A stretch of DNA of 64,000 nt, taken from the IMG/VR virus record IMGVR_UViG_3300011008_000034, positions 113,648 through 177,647 of that record. One strand, given 5' to 3'. This DNA comes from a virus. Taxonomy: Duplodnaviria; Caudoviricetes. Both the position numbers and the translations under genes were made by a program. How positions within the stretch are numbered: the first letter of the stretch is position 1; every line of letters begins with the position of its first letter. Of this stretch, positions 51,201 through 61,089 are shown in pieces. The notes below the pieces were generated by a model. That model did not search any database. It saw nothing but the letters and a program-made list of their open reading frames with translations, and had not been told where the DNA came from.

Positions 51201-54200
51201 AGAATAGGATGCTCTTCAGCCCAATTGATTAAATCTTTTATAATCTTTATTTTTGCAAATTTTTCTAATATATCTATAACTTTTTGTACAAATTTCTTTG
51301 CTTCGTCAAATGCTTTTTTAATAAATCGGTCAAAAACTTCTCCGAAATTAACATGTAATATTCTTGCGATTCTATTAATAGCATCTTTATAATCAGCTTC
51401 CATTTTTTGTGTTTCAGCTAATTGTTCGGAAGCATTAATTAATGCCTCGGTGTAATTTTTAGTAGCATCTGATGGTGCATTAGGGTCAGATAATTCTGTT
51501 CGTTCTTTTAATTTTTTCTTGACTTCCTCCCAGTTTCCTTCTTGTGCAGTGGATAATAATATTGACGCATCTCTGTCTGTATATCCATTTTCTTTTAAAT
51601 TTTTATAGAATAATGTTTGACCTACATTAGAATCTAATCCACCAAAAAATTCTATTTGAGACATAGCTCGATTAATTACTGTGTCATAATATGCATCATT
51701 TACTTTACCAAATCTATCCGTAGAAATCATGGAAGACATAATGGCATCTGCTGATGTTGTGCTATCTCCAGAAATAATTCCAAATAAGATATTTTTTGCC
51801 CAGTTTTGAGAATTAGTAGAAGACCAGTTTTTACTAGCATTCTCCGCTGTATTTTTAGCAATAGATATAGCGTCTTCTAATAACATATTACTTCTATTCA
51901 TTAGTGATGAAACTATATCAATAGCTCTAGTTTCTGAAATTCCCATATTACGAAATTCTTTTGCTAATGGTGAAATATTTTTTATAAATGTATTAATAGG
52001 AATTTGATTATCATTTGCGAAGCCTTCTAATTTTCTAAATTCTATAATTGTTTGGTCTGCATTCCATCCTAAATCTTTATAAAAAGTATTAATGAATGAT
52101 GCCATTGTCCCATCATCAATATTATTTACTGTTTTATCATGAATTAATTGCGTGGAAAATTTAGTCAAATCTTGTCTAGTTTGTTGAGGAGAAGAATTAT
52201 ATTGTCCACCTACTGAGGACGCTAATTGTGAATATAATTTTTGTATAGCTCCTCGTTGTACTTGACCATAAGTTTGAGCAAATAATCTATCTTCATGATT
52301 ATATAAAATTGTTTCGTTGTTTAATTGAGAAACATTATTTCCTAGTGCCACATCCGAACGGGACAAATTATACATAATTTGTCCGCCTTCTACCAGACTA
52401 TTTTGAATGTCTTCGGTCCATTTAAAAGGATTTAATAAATCTAAAAAGCTAAATCCTGAAGAACCAAACATCATACTAGCAGAACCGAGCATTAAAAATA
52501 ATGCATCTTTTGAAGTAGAAAAAATACTTTTTATTGCATTAACAAAAGATTTATTTGATGATTGAATATTTTGTAAATGTTCTTTTGCTAAAATTAATTC
52601 TTTTCTTTTTCCTTTTAAATGTTTGATTAATACTTCATCTTTATCCAACTGCTCAATTGCTGAAATAATAACATTGTATTGTTTAATTTGATCGTTTAAA
52701 TTATTAATGTATTGATATATAATCTGCTGATCACGTTTTGATAATTGTGATAAACTAGATAATGGTAAATTAACTTTTGATGCTTGTAAGTGCTTATCTG
52801 AAACTTCATCTAAAATTTTAGACATTGATTCTAACATATATTTTCTAGAACCAGTATCTTCAACTTTCCCATATTGTTTTACTAGTTTTTCTAATTGATT
52901 TTTTGCTTCATTTTGTTCATATAATAATTGAGTATTTTTTTTAAGCATTGTATCGTTTGAGCCTAATAATACTCTTGATTGAAAACTTTGCAATATACTT
53001 TGATTTTGTTTTTTATCTGAATAAAATGTATCTAGTAATTTTCTTGTGTTATTTGTATCAATTTTTAATTGTGATATTATTTTTATATCTTGATTTTTTA
53101 ATGGATCGTGTAATTTATTAACATCATATTCTTTTACATCTGTTTCTTGATTCTTTTCTCGATATGCTTCTAATCTATCTTGAGTAGTTCCCTGAGATGC
53201 TTTTGCGTATAAATCTCCTGTTAAAATGATGGAGTCCATAAGATTAAGACTCCATATTTTATTTAATTCTTTAAATTTAGTGGCATAGTTTAAATTATTA
53301 ATTTTATCTAATAAATCTTTATCAACTGTATCTGATTTTTTTACTTCGTTTTTTAATTTATCTACACTTCTGGAAATATCCAAAGCAAAATCATCAATTT
53401 CACTAAGTGTTTTTAAGAAAATTTCATTTTTAGGGTCAATGTCACTTCTTGAAATCTTTTTAAATAATAATGCATTTGATAGATTTTTAAATTGATTTAA
53501 ATGTTTAATAATATTTTCTTTTAAAATTTCTTGATTTTCTTCGTTAGTAAACTTTATATCTTGTTCAAGATTTTCTAATAATTTGTTTTTTGTTTCAATT
53601 AAATTATTTAATACAGATACTTCAGGTGATGATTGTTTATTTTCTTTCGTTATAATTGCATCAAAATCTTGTTGTAATACTTTATAATCTAAATTATTTA
53701 AAGCTAAATTCAAACTTTCTAATAATTCATTTACAGAAGGCGGTGTTTTTATTTTTTTATTAATCGAAGCAATGTGTTTTACTTCAGGATAAGATATTTT
53801 TTTTATGCTTTTAAATTTTTGATCAGCTGTTTGAACTGCAGATAATAATTTATTTCTTATATCTTCAGAATTAAATTGAAATTGTTCAACATTCGCTATA
53901 TCAGATATTTTTAAATTTAATTCAAAATCTGAAAGTTCATCACAAATAGATTGATAAAAATAATGTACTTTATCATTAAATTCTTCTAAATCAGTTATGT
54001 CTTTAGAATAATCAATATTTTCTATTGTTGTCAAAAATTGATTTTGTTGGGCTTGAATTTTTTGTAATCCTGATTTTAATTTTTCTATATATGAATATAA
54101 GATTTTTGTTTTTGTCGATGTGGCATATTCATCACATTTGTTAATTAATTTATCTACAATTTCAGTAAGCTCAATTAATGAATCTTTAATATCTTGTTCC

Positions 54201-54202
54201 AT
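48278..54202 (-). CDS. Tape-measure-like protein B (1974 aa) with a C-terminal phage-tail lysozyme domain
   Basis: Paralogous core (VGGQY..SP.Q..QDL, TFYKDL); AAAIMGNLQHES...GAKGLAQW..GR...Q..Y...E...FE. Confidence 0.78.
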   Translation of the reverse strand: MEQDIKDSLIELTEIVDKLINKCDEYATSTKTKILYSYIEKLKSGLQKIQAQQNQFLTTIENIDYSKDITDLEEFNDKVHYFYQSICDELSDFELNLKISDIANVEQFQFNSEDIRNKLLSAVQTADQKFKSIKKISYPEVKHIASINKKIKTPPSVNELLESLNLALNNLDYKVLQQDFDAIITKENKQSSPEVSVLNNLIETKNKLLENLEQDIKFTNEENQEILKENIIKHLNQFKNLSNALLFKKISRSDIDPKNEIFLKTLSEIDDFALDISRSVDKLKNEVKKSDTVDKDLLDKINNLNYATKFKELNKIWSLNLMDSIILTGDLYAKASQGTTQDRLEAYREKNQETDVKEYDVNKLHDPLKNQDIKIISQLKIDTNNTRKLLDTFYSDKKQNQSILQSFQSRVLLGSNDTMLKKNTQLLYEQNEAKNQLEKLVKQYGKVEDTGSRKYMLESMSKILDEVSDKHLQASKVNLPLSSLSQLSKRDQQIIYQYINNLNDQIKQYNVIISAIEQLDKDEVLIKHLKGKRKELILAKEHLQNIQSSNKSFVNAIKSIFSTSKDALFLMLGSASMMFGSSGFSFLDLLNPFKWTEDIQNSLVEGGQIMYNLSRSDVALGNNVSQLNNETILYNHEDRLFAQTYGQVQRGAIQKLYSQLASSVGGQYNSSPQQTRQDLTKFSTQLIHDKTVNNIDDGTMASFINTFYKDLGWNADQTIIEFRKLEGFANDNQIPINTFIKNISPLAKEFRNMGISETRAIDIVSSLMNRSNMLLEDAISIAKNTAENASKNWSSTNSQNWAKNILFGIISGDSTTSADAIMSSMISTDRFGKVNDAYYDTVINRAMSQIEFFGGLDSNVGQTLFYKNLKENGYTDRDASILLSTAQEGNWEEVKKKLKERTELSDPNAPSDATKNYTEALINASEQLAETQKMEADYKDAINRIARILHVNFGEVFDRFIKKAFDEAKKFVQKVIDILEKFAKIKIIKDLINWAEEHPILALAGGYGLYKMAWSALGIAPKLLGMLFSSGGAAAAGGAAAAGMGFVPIISAIIIGGLAIAGLDLYMNGEKSFVSKAYRSITGQSHELPLLTKEGFSIPMFLTSIGLGGLTLAGLRHLWNKARGFFSPTTASNAKNLGFLKSLKNMKGKGKFALVSIAAGGIYYAASSVAFANPSEQVPEQPSLPKPKKGSSQIDSNVHEIAEKIHDEHEYDDGTEKSELRKSLEDGILMSQDDEHSSQDISELANQEEFSYLKEEPLLPQALRLPEENQNQDDISNLPGLRALPPQYQANYQPQKKSKINNAYQQMLDANVAGNKHLGVYNEKDAERAGFLKPGKVENKKDKKDDKKIDSSDPKRKDEMKETVGIDKRMNDVDAGTESNFEQTKAFGDAAAKYGLSSREFTSIITMSLANHKIDWGNLNEKQKQYWLDQFEEFKKADKNMQEALALASKKLSENPTVNSPEIEEQAKKEVEQEWENDDNTKGSFFQRLSEGDGYTAEMRKEMEAAANYYYHSTEKDNEFWETQANAYHEAAKEGTLDDYLERQFKSFTSHDKSSSLGTATAQEIKDFYKHLALKNYELVKREYLTIKTKERIEEKNKALTASLNSSYKKGAGARAVEAQVWNYLAPRYGTKIAAAIMGNLQHESAGWQNDVINSIGAKGLAQWYKGRATRLDQFAAEHGMDWRDVNLQMMYLDYEIKEKGYKWVVEKMQNQSLEDATITWEKGFEISGDTGSYQRRINHAKEIYNRYANGIETAGAYDLSSLGGTSGNKSPVKAPPPKPKTHAQEMSDANSFMKRLSLGSYTGRLIDGVFVDKNQKPESLEERKARAAKMWNHTYESLTPKQKDITPKEVKKPDNKAIFSPSQKPSQKTAQPQKPAQSKKLAQQQKPVQPKKPATKSSAEISQDKQESIEAEKTHLQAQIDEERQKLKEVKAEITKNEDLIPKKHFKEAVQLIEKIAKKYMNKVNIESNVDFK

Positions 54203-54214
54203 TTTTTCACCACC

Positions 54215-57200
54215 TTATTTTGAGAAATTTTTATCTCGTTTACCACCAGCATATATAACTCCATCAAAATTTGCCGATACATCTTTTACGAATTTATAAG
54301 TAAATGTTTCCAATTTAACTATTCTTTCTTTTAATCCTTTTGATTCTTCTCCACCAATAGGCATAACACGTATATCTACGGAATTTTTATCATTTATATC
54401 TGTTCCAGTTTTTTCTGCATCTTTTGCTTCATAACGTTCTTCTGCTAATTTACGAGCTTCTTGCGCATCATCTTTAGCTTTATTAATAGCTTCTTGACGT
54501 TTTTCTTCTGCTGGACTACGTAATGAAATCATTTTATTATAATTAGGTAAATGACCAAATTCTTTTAAACGTTTTTCTTGTTCTTTTTGAATAATTTTCA
54601 TAGCTCCGGTTTCATGGAAAGTTCCTTTATCATCATAATATCCATTATAAGTGTAACCGTATAAATCGGATTGTTTTACACCGGAATTTAATAAGAATTT
54701 TCCTCTTACTCCTTCTGGAGTCATAAATACACTTCTATCTCTAGAAAATGCTGTAGTACCATCTAATATTAATCGTCCTGAAGCAATTTTGTCAGAATAA
54801 TCCATTTTTGCTAATCCTTTTGCTTCTAACATTTTTTTAGCTTGTTCTCTATTTGCTTCAGCTGCAGCAAATAAATCATTACCATATTTTTTTCTAAATT
54901 CTTCACTAGATGTTCCACCAACACCTTCTCCTGGAGTAGCTCCCGCTGCATTTGGCGATACACTAGTAGAACCTGGTGCTTTTCCTTGAGCAATTGAATC
55001 TATATAATCAGGGTCTATAACTTGTTGTCCATCTTTTAATACTTCAAAATGAACATGCTCTCCTGTTGCAGAACCTGTTTTACCGGCAAATCCAATTAAT
55101 TGTCCCGCTTTTATTTCTTGGCCAACTTGTAATCCTTCAGCATAATTATTAAAATGCGCATATCTTGTTTGTAATCCATTTCCATGGTCAACTGTAACAT
55201 ATTTTCCCCATCCATCAGGGTCAACATCAACTTCCGTCACTTTTCCAGCCATTGCGGAAAACACTTTATCATTTAAATGTGCTCCATAGTCATTTCCTTT
55301 ATGAGGACGTACATAACCTTTTACAGGATGCATTCTTCCTGATGATGCTTCTGATGATAATCCATGAGATGACATATTTTCCATAATCGGAGAACTTTCA
55401 AAACCTGGTGTACTTGACGGAGACGGAGATGAAGTTGTATTCCCTTTATCTGATTTTTTATTTTCGTTTGAAGTATTTGATGTTGAAGAACTTCCCATAT
55501 CAGGATATTTTTCAGCAGCTTCCCATCTTACACCTTCTGAAGTATTACTTACGCCTTGAGCGAATGTATTATAACCACCAGATTCATCTTTATAACCTAT
55601 AGCAGATAATACAGTTGGACGATTATATCCTTTATCGGGGTCATTTTTTATTCTATCATCAATATATTTATCTATTGAAAATGAATCATCTCGCATATTT
55701 CCAGATAATAATGCATATTCTTCTGTACCTTTTCCTAAATGTTCATAATCACCCATATGTAATACATATTGAGCATATTTCCATGAATCATCTATTTGTT
55801 TTTGACTAGCAGTTCCACCTTTTGTATCACTAGATAAATTTCTCATTGCAAATAATTCAGCTTGTCTCTTAACTTCAGTATGACCTTGATTTTTATATTT
55901 TAATACGTGATTACCTAAACGATACATATAATCTTTAGTTGCATAATTTAAATCTTTTGATAATACCGTTTCTGCTACTTTATATCGAGAAATTTTATCT
56001 TCATTAGCAGATTTATTTAAATCTGAAGCATTTTCATCAAATCCTTGTAACCCACCTTCTTTTAAACCGCGTCTAACTGCTTCAAGTGATTTTTCTTTAT
56101 CACTATATGTAGCTTTTGATTGTTCATTCATGAATCCACCAAGAGTACTACTTGCAGCTAATGCAGCTTGTAAATCTGTCATTCCTAGATTTTTTAATTC
56201 ATTAAATATTTGATCTAATTTTGCCTGTTGTTCTTTTGTTAATTCTGTTAATTTTATGTTATGTTCTGATAATCCTTCAGCCGCAGCTTTTTGTCGAGCA
56301 TCATTAGAATTTACTAAACTATTAGTATTGTCCGTATATTTTCCAGCCGCAAATGTAGAAGATTTTTCGTATTTTTCTGCATATGTTTTGCCATCTTCAT
56401 CTGAAATTTTTAATAATTTTTTTAATTGGTCACCTGCCATAGACCCTAACATTCCGCCTGCCATCATTCCTGCAGGACCGAGCATACTTCCTATCATAGC
56501 TCCACCAACAGTTGATGCAATATCAATTCCTACACGGGCTACACGTTGTCCCATAGTAAATTGTTCTGGATTTGCATTATATTTTGCAACTTCTGAAAAA
56601 ACTGAAATTCCAGCAGTTAAGGGAGCAGTCGATCTTGCAATTGCTTTCATTCCTAAATTTTTTATTGACGATTCAGCTATTGCTTTTTCCGCAGCTTTTG
56701 TTGCTGCAGATTTTGCTTGTTGTCTAGCTGCTTTTGCAGCTTCTTGTCGTGCATTTGCAGCTGATGGCATATGAGACCATCTACCAGAAGCTGCAGCTTT
56801 GTTTGCAGCATTTTGTTTTGCTCGATAATCTTTTAAAACTTTTAATCTTGCTTCACGACCAGCTTTTAATTTTGCTTGATCTGCTAATTTTTTTCCCTGA
56901 TAATAAAATTGTGCACCAGTTACGCCATATCCTACTGCATGCATAGCAGTTGTTGCAAGAGGACTAAATCCACCATCTTCTTCTCCAAATTGTTCAGCTA
57001 GATCATCTTCATCCATATCACCATATTTATCTACAGCGTTTTTCATAGCAATTGCCATAGGGTCTTTTATTTGTGCTTCTTTTTGTTTTTGATAATCTTG
57101 AGCAGATGTCGCACCAGCTTGAATAGGAGTATCTTTTGTTATTCCACTATAAATTTCTTCAGCTTGTTTTTGTAAATCTTCCTCTGTTTTTTTAGTCAGT

Positions 57201-60200
57201 TCGGATTCATTATATCCGCCTTCTCTAGCTAATTCATCAAACAAACTTTCTTCTGTTTTTTTAGCTTCAAATTTTTTCTTTTCTTTTTGTGGGTCCGAAC
57301 TACCAAATCCAAAGAAAGATTTTAATCCTTCCCATAATCCACTGAGCGTTGCAGAAAAGCTTCCATTGGTAAAAATATCTACAATTTTAGGTAAAAATGT
57401 GGTTACTAATGCTAATGCAGTTGCTATGGCTGCTATTTTTCCTCCACTTGTTTTTGCGGCAGCCAGTAATGTTTTGGTTATTCCTGACGCACCTTTTGCT
57501 CCGCCTGGTGAAAACAATGCTTTACCAGCCCGTTTTGCGCCCCACATTGCTAATTTCCCGCCAGCCAGAATACCTACTCCTCCGGCGGCTAAATATCCAG
57601 GATTGTCTAATGCTTTTTTTCCTAAATCAGAATTAAAGAATTCACCTAATGCTTTAGCTACTCGTTTTAATGCTCCTACTACTATAGCTAAACCTTTTTT
57701 AAATATATCTTTAAAATTAGCTAATGGTTTGTCTAGATGAGTATAAATAGCTTCACCTAGTTTTTTCTCAGCTAATGTTACTTCTGCTTGGATTTTAGAT
57801 ATACCAGACATTTGTGTTCCTGATGCAGTAATACTTTTTTCTGCATCTTGCATAGCTTTAGTTAATTTTTCTTGAGCACCATCTTTTTCTTCTTCTGCTT
57901 GTTCTAATAATGTTTGGAATAATTCCATATCATTATTAGCATAAGCGTCTGTTAACATGGAAACGCTACGTTGTGAATAACCACGTTTATTTAATTGATT
58001 AGACACCATCATAGCACCTAATGGACTTCCTGGTCCTCCGCCAATTCCACCCATTAATCCTGTTTCTGAAAATAAACGTTGTGTCATCATCTGGCTCCAA
58101 CCTTTATTAACATTACCTTGAGAATCAATAGGCGTTAATCCAGCTGCAATATTCCCAAAGAAATCCCCGCTTTGACCAGACACCATCCCAAAGAATCCTG
58201 ACATTCCCCAGTCATTAGCCATATTTCGATTAGCTTTAGCGGTTTCATTAACTAATCCCTGAGCATCTTCCATACGTAATCCTTGTGAATTGATTAACGT
58301 ATCCATCATTCCTGCTATACTCTCGGCTGACATTCCATATTCACGTAATGAAGATGTCATATTTGTTAAAGCTGATACATAATTAGCTACAGGAATTCCA
58401 GCTTGTTGTGCAGACTGAGCTAATTTAACCATCATATAACTAGCATCAGTAACTGACATGCGCATATCTTTATAATATGTTTTCATAAAATTACTAACAT
58501 CACTATCAGACATATTATATGAATATGCTAATGCAAATGTATTATTAGTAATTGCTTGCATATCTTTAGATGCTTGTTCAGGATTAGACCCATAATGTCC
58601 ACCAACATTATATGCTAAATTAGTATAGAAGTTTTTTGTTTGGTCAAATCCAATATTCCCAACAGACATTTCATAATATCTATCAGCTAAATCATTGATT
58701 AAATAGGAATCCATTCCAGGGCTAATACTAGCTCCCATTGCTTGACGTGCACGACTTAAATCATATCGTCTCTGTCCATCTTCTTTATAAAAATCAAATG
58801 ATTTAGATATAAAATTTTTAATATTCCCAGGAGTCGGAATTATTGCAGATAATCCCATTAATCCTGCCCCTGCGGTTATAACACCTAATATAGATTTTAC
58901 TCCTGAGGTAGCTGCTTTAAAAATATCTGCAATAGGATTAGATTCTGCTTTTATATCTTTAATGTGTTGAGTAGTATTTAATAATTCTTTATTTGTTTTC
59001 TTTAATGTATCTAACGTTTTATTTTCAGGGTCTAATTGTGATAATGCTGCTATAATTTGTGATAATGACTGTGCTGCATTTTCAGAAGAAGCTATTGATG
59101 AATCTAATGCATTTTTATCTTCTTGTGATAATTTATCATACTGTCCACGATGAAGATTAACATTTTTCATCATAGTCATATGTGATAATGCATTTTCATT
59201 AGCTATTTTTGCTATATTTTCTATTGAAGCTTTAAAATCTTTTTCATTTCCTGCTGCTTTAAATTTTTTAGCTTCTTCAAACATTTTTGGTAATTCCATT
59301 TGACTTTGAATGTTTGTTCGCTGTGCAGCTTCTACAGAACCAGCAAATTTATCTCTATTTCCTAAGAAATTACCAAAAGTCATTCTATATAATATGCCTT
59401 GTTGACCAGCATCATGATATGCATTTCCCATCATTAAGGCATTAGATACATTCTGTAAATTACTCCCGGCATATCCAATATTTTGAATAGATGTATCTGT
59501 GAATTTTTGAGCTAAATCCATAGACGAGCTCATATATTCTTTTGTGCCAGGTTTATTAACATTTTTTAAAGATTCCTGAATTTGAGTACTTTGTCTTAAT
59601 ACTACTTCATTTAATCCTTGATGTAAAGTGGCATTTGTTGTTTCTTGAACTTTTCTTACAGCATCAATCTGTGTTTTTAGATTTTCAGCTGATTTTAATA
59701 AATCATCATTATGACTTTTTTCTCCCATTTCTTTGATATTTTTATACATGGAATCCATAATATTGGTAGTATTGGAAGAAAAAAGTCTGATTCCTTGAAT
59801 CATTTTTACCATTGATTCAAGACCATTATCTTGTTCCGCTGCAGTTTCAGCTGTTTCATTTAATTGTGATACTACTTCAGCGATCGTTTTTGGAATTTCA
59901 CCAAATGAACCAGAAGTTTCAGGATTTAATAGATTAACAATGGCTTCGGTATCATTTTTATCCATTAATGACTTAATTTCAGTCATGAATGTATTTACAT
60001 TTCCAGCAATAGCATCTTGGACATTTCTTAAATATGTATCAGTTACCTTTTCTACTTCATCAATAGCTTTTACACTATCTCCATATTGCTGTTGAAGTAA
60101 TTTAATATGTTCAGAAACATCTTTTATTGTTTCTCCAACTTGCTCAGCTGCGTCTATTCCTGATTTTGTCTGGTCTGATAATCCACTAACATCATCAGCT

Positions 60201-61078
60201 AAATCGTTAACATTTTCAGCTACATCAGAAACAACATTTCCTGCATCATTAGCAGCATCAACAACTTTCTGGACCAAATCAAAAAATGTTTGTAATGTTT
60301 CTACATTTATAGATTCGTCAATGAATTTGGGAATATTTTCAAATACAGATAGTACTTCTTTATATGCTGAAAATTGTTCATTAATTTTTTCAGCTGTTTC
60401 TTTATTAACTTTTTCTAAAACTTCTTCATAATTACTTTCAATCTGCTTTTTAAATTCAGAAACATTTATAGCATCTTTAATTGTATTAGAAATATTTTCT
60501 ACTTGTTTTGCAAGATTTCCAATATTTGTTTTTTCGTTAATGTTTTGGACATCCATCATGATGTCGCTAACTTCTTTTATTGCATCACTTAATAATTGTA
60601 AGTCACTAAAAACATCATTAGAAATTATATTATTGTTAGTTAAAGATTCAAATCTTTCTAATTGAGATTTTAAATCATCTATTTTTTCCGATAATCCCCT
60701 TAGAATTACATTTGCTCCAACAATGTGTTCTCTTGCAGTTTGTTCTTCTTGAGTAACATTAACAAACCTTTGAGCTGGTTTTGAAGAAGCAGGTGTTTTA
60801 ATATCATTTATAGGAATAGTATCTACAACACCAGCAGGACGAGACGTTGATTGTCCAGTAGAGTAATTGTTTTCATTTAGTTGTCTTCCTAATCCATCTA
60901 AAGATGAATTTTCTGTTACATGCTGAGAATTAGGAATACTATTTCTCATATTTAAAAACGGAATCTGTGCATTTGCATCTGTTTTTAATTGTTCACGATA
61001 AGAATCATTAAATGTAGTATTTGCTATATTAGTATTTTGTGCTTGGTCTAATGCACCAAATTTTGTATTTGTCGCCAA
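54215..61078 (-). CDS. Tape-measure-like protein A (2287 aa) with a C-terminal M23 peptidase domain
   Basis: Paralogous core (VGGHYGSNPEQ..KDM, TYYKDM); RMHPVKG..RPHKGNDYG, TRYAHF, GSATGEHVHFEV. Confidence 0.82.
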   Translation of the reverse strand: MATNTKFGALDQAQNTNIANTTFNDSYREQLKTDANAQIPFLNMRNSIPNSQHVTENSSLDGLGRQLNENNYSTGQSTSRPAGVVDTIPINDIKTPASSKPAQRFVNVTQEEQTAREHIVGANVILRGLSEKIDDLKSQLERFESLTNNNIISNDVFSDLQLLSDAIKEVSDIMMDVQNINEKTNIGNLAKQVENISNTIKDAINVSEFKKQIESNYEEVLEKVNKETAEKINEQFSAYKEVLSVFENIPKFIDESINVETLQTFFDLVQKVVDAANDAGNVVSDVAENVNDLADDVSGLSDQTKSGIDAAEQVGETIKDVSEHIKLLQQQYGDSVKAIDEVEKVTDTYLRNVQDAIAGNVNTFMTEIKSLMDKNDTEAIVNLLNPETSGSFGEIPKTIAEVVSQLNETAETAAEQDNGLESMVKMIQGIRLFSSNTTNIMDSMYKNIKEMGEKSHNDDLLKSAENLKTQIDAVRKVQETTNATLHQGLNEVVLRQSTQIQESLKNVNKPGTKEYMSSSMDLAQKFTDTSIQNIGYAGSNLQNVSNALMMGNAYHDAGQQGILYRMTFGNFLGNRDKFAGSVEAAQRTNIQSQMELPKMFEEAKKFKAAGNEKDFKASIENIAKIANENALSHMTMMKNVNLHRGQYDKLSQEDKNALDSSIASSENAAQSLSQIIAALSQLDPENKTLDTLKKTNKELLNTTQHIKDIKAESNPIADIFKAATSGVKSILGVITAGAGLMGLSAIIPTPGNIKNFISKSFDFYKEDGQRRYDLSRARQAMGASISPGMDSYLINDLADRYYEMSVGNIGFDQTKNFYTNLAYNVGGHYGSNPEQASKDMQAITNNTFALAYSYNMSDSDVSNFMKTYYKDMRMSVTDASYMMVKLAQSAQQAGIPVANYVSALTNMTSSLREYGMSAESIAGMMDTLINSQGLRMEDAQGLVNETAKANRNMANDWGMSGFFGMVSGQSGDFFGNIAAGLTPIDSQGNVNKGWSQMMTQRLFSETGLMGGIGGGPGSPLGAMMVSNQLNKRGYSQRSVSMLTDAYANNDMELFQTLLEQAEEEKDGAQEKLTKAMQDAEKSITASGTQMSGISKIQAEVTLAEKKLGEAIYTHLDKPLANFKDIFKKGLAIVVGALKRVAKALGEFFNSDLGKKALDNPGYLAAGGVGILAGGKLAMWGAKRAGKALFSPGGAKGASGITKTLLAAAKTSGGKIAAIATALALVTTFLPKIVDIFTNGSFSATLSGLWEGLKSFFGFGSSDPQKEKKKFEAKKTEESLFDELAREGGYNESELTKKTEEDLQKQAEEIYSGITKDTPIQAGATSAQDYQKQKEAQIKDPMAIAMKNAVDKYGDMDEDDLAEQFGEEDGGFSPLATTAMHAVGYGVTGAQFYYQGKKLADQAKLKAGREARLKVLKDYRAKQNAANKAAASGRWSHMPSAANARQEAAKAARQQAKSAATKAAEKAIAESSIKNLGMKAIARSTAPLTAGISVFSEVAKYNANPEQFTMGQRVARVGIDIASTVGGAMIGSMLGPAGMMAGGMLGSMAGDQLKKLLKISDEDGKTYAEKYEKSSTFAAGKYTDNTNSLVNSNDARQKAAAEGLSEHNIKLTELTKEQQAKLDQIFNELKNLGMTDLQAALAASSTLGGFMNEQSKATYSDKEKSLEAVRRGLKEGGLQGFDENASDLNKSANEDKISRYKVAETVLSKDLNYATKDYMYRLGNHVLKYKNQGHTEVKRQAELFAMRNLSSDTKGGTASQKQIDDSWKYAQYVLHMGDYEHLGKGTEEYALLSGNMRDDSFSIDKYIDDRIKNDPDKGYNRPTVLSAIGYKDESGGYNTFAQGVSNTSEGVRWEAAEKYPDMGSSSTSNTSNENKKSDKGNTTSSPSPSSTPGFESSPIMENMSSHGLSSEASSGRMHPVKGYVRPHKGNDYGAHLNDKVFSAMAGKVTEVDVDPDGWGKYVTVDHGNGLQTRYAHFNNYAEGLQVGQEIKAGQLIGFAGKTGSATGEHVHFEVLKDGQQVIDPDYIDSIAQGKAPGSTSVSPNAAGATPGEGVGGTSSEEFRKKYGNDLFAAAEANREQAKKMLEAKGLAKMDYSDKIASGRLILDGTTAFSRDRSVFMTPEGVRGKFLLNSGVKQSDLYGYTYNGYYDDKGTFHETGAMKIIQKEQEKRLKEFGHLPNYNKMISLRSPAEEKRQEAINKAKDDAQEARKLAEERYEAKDAEKTGTDINDKNSVDIRVMPIGGEESKGLKERIVKLETFTYKFVKDVSANFDGVIYAGGKRDKNFSK

Positions 61079-61089
61079 ACTTTTTCACC

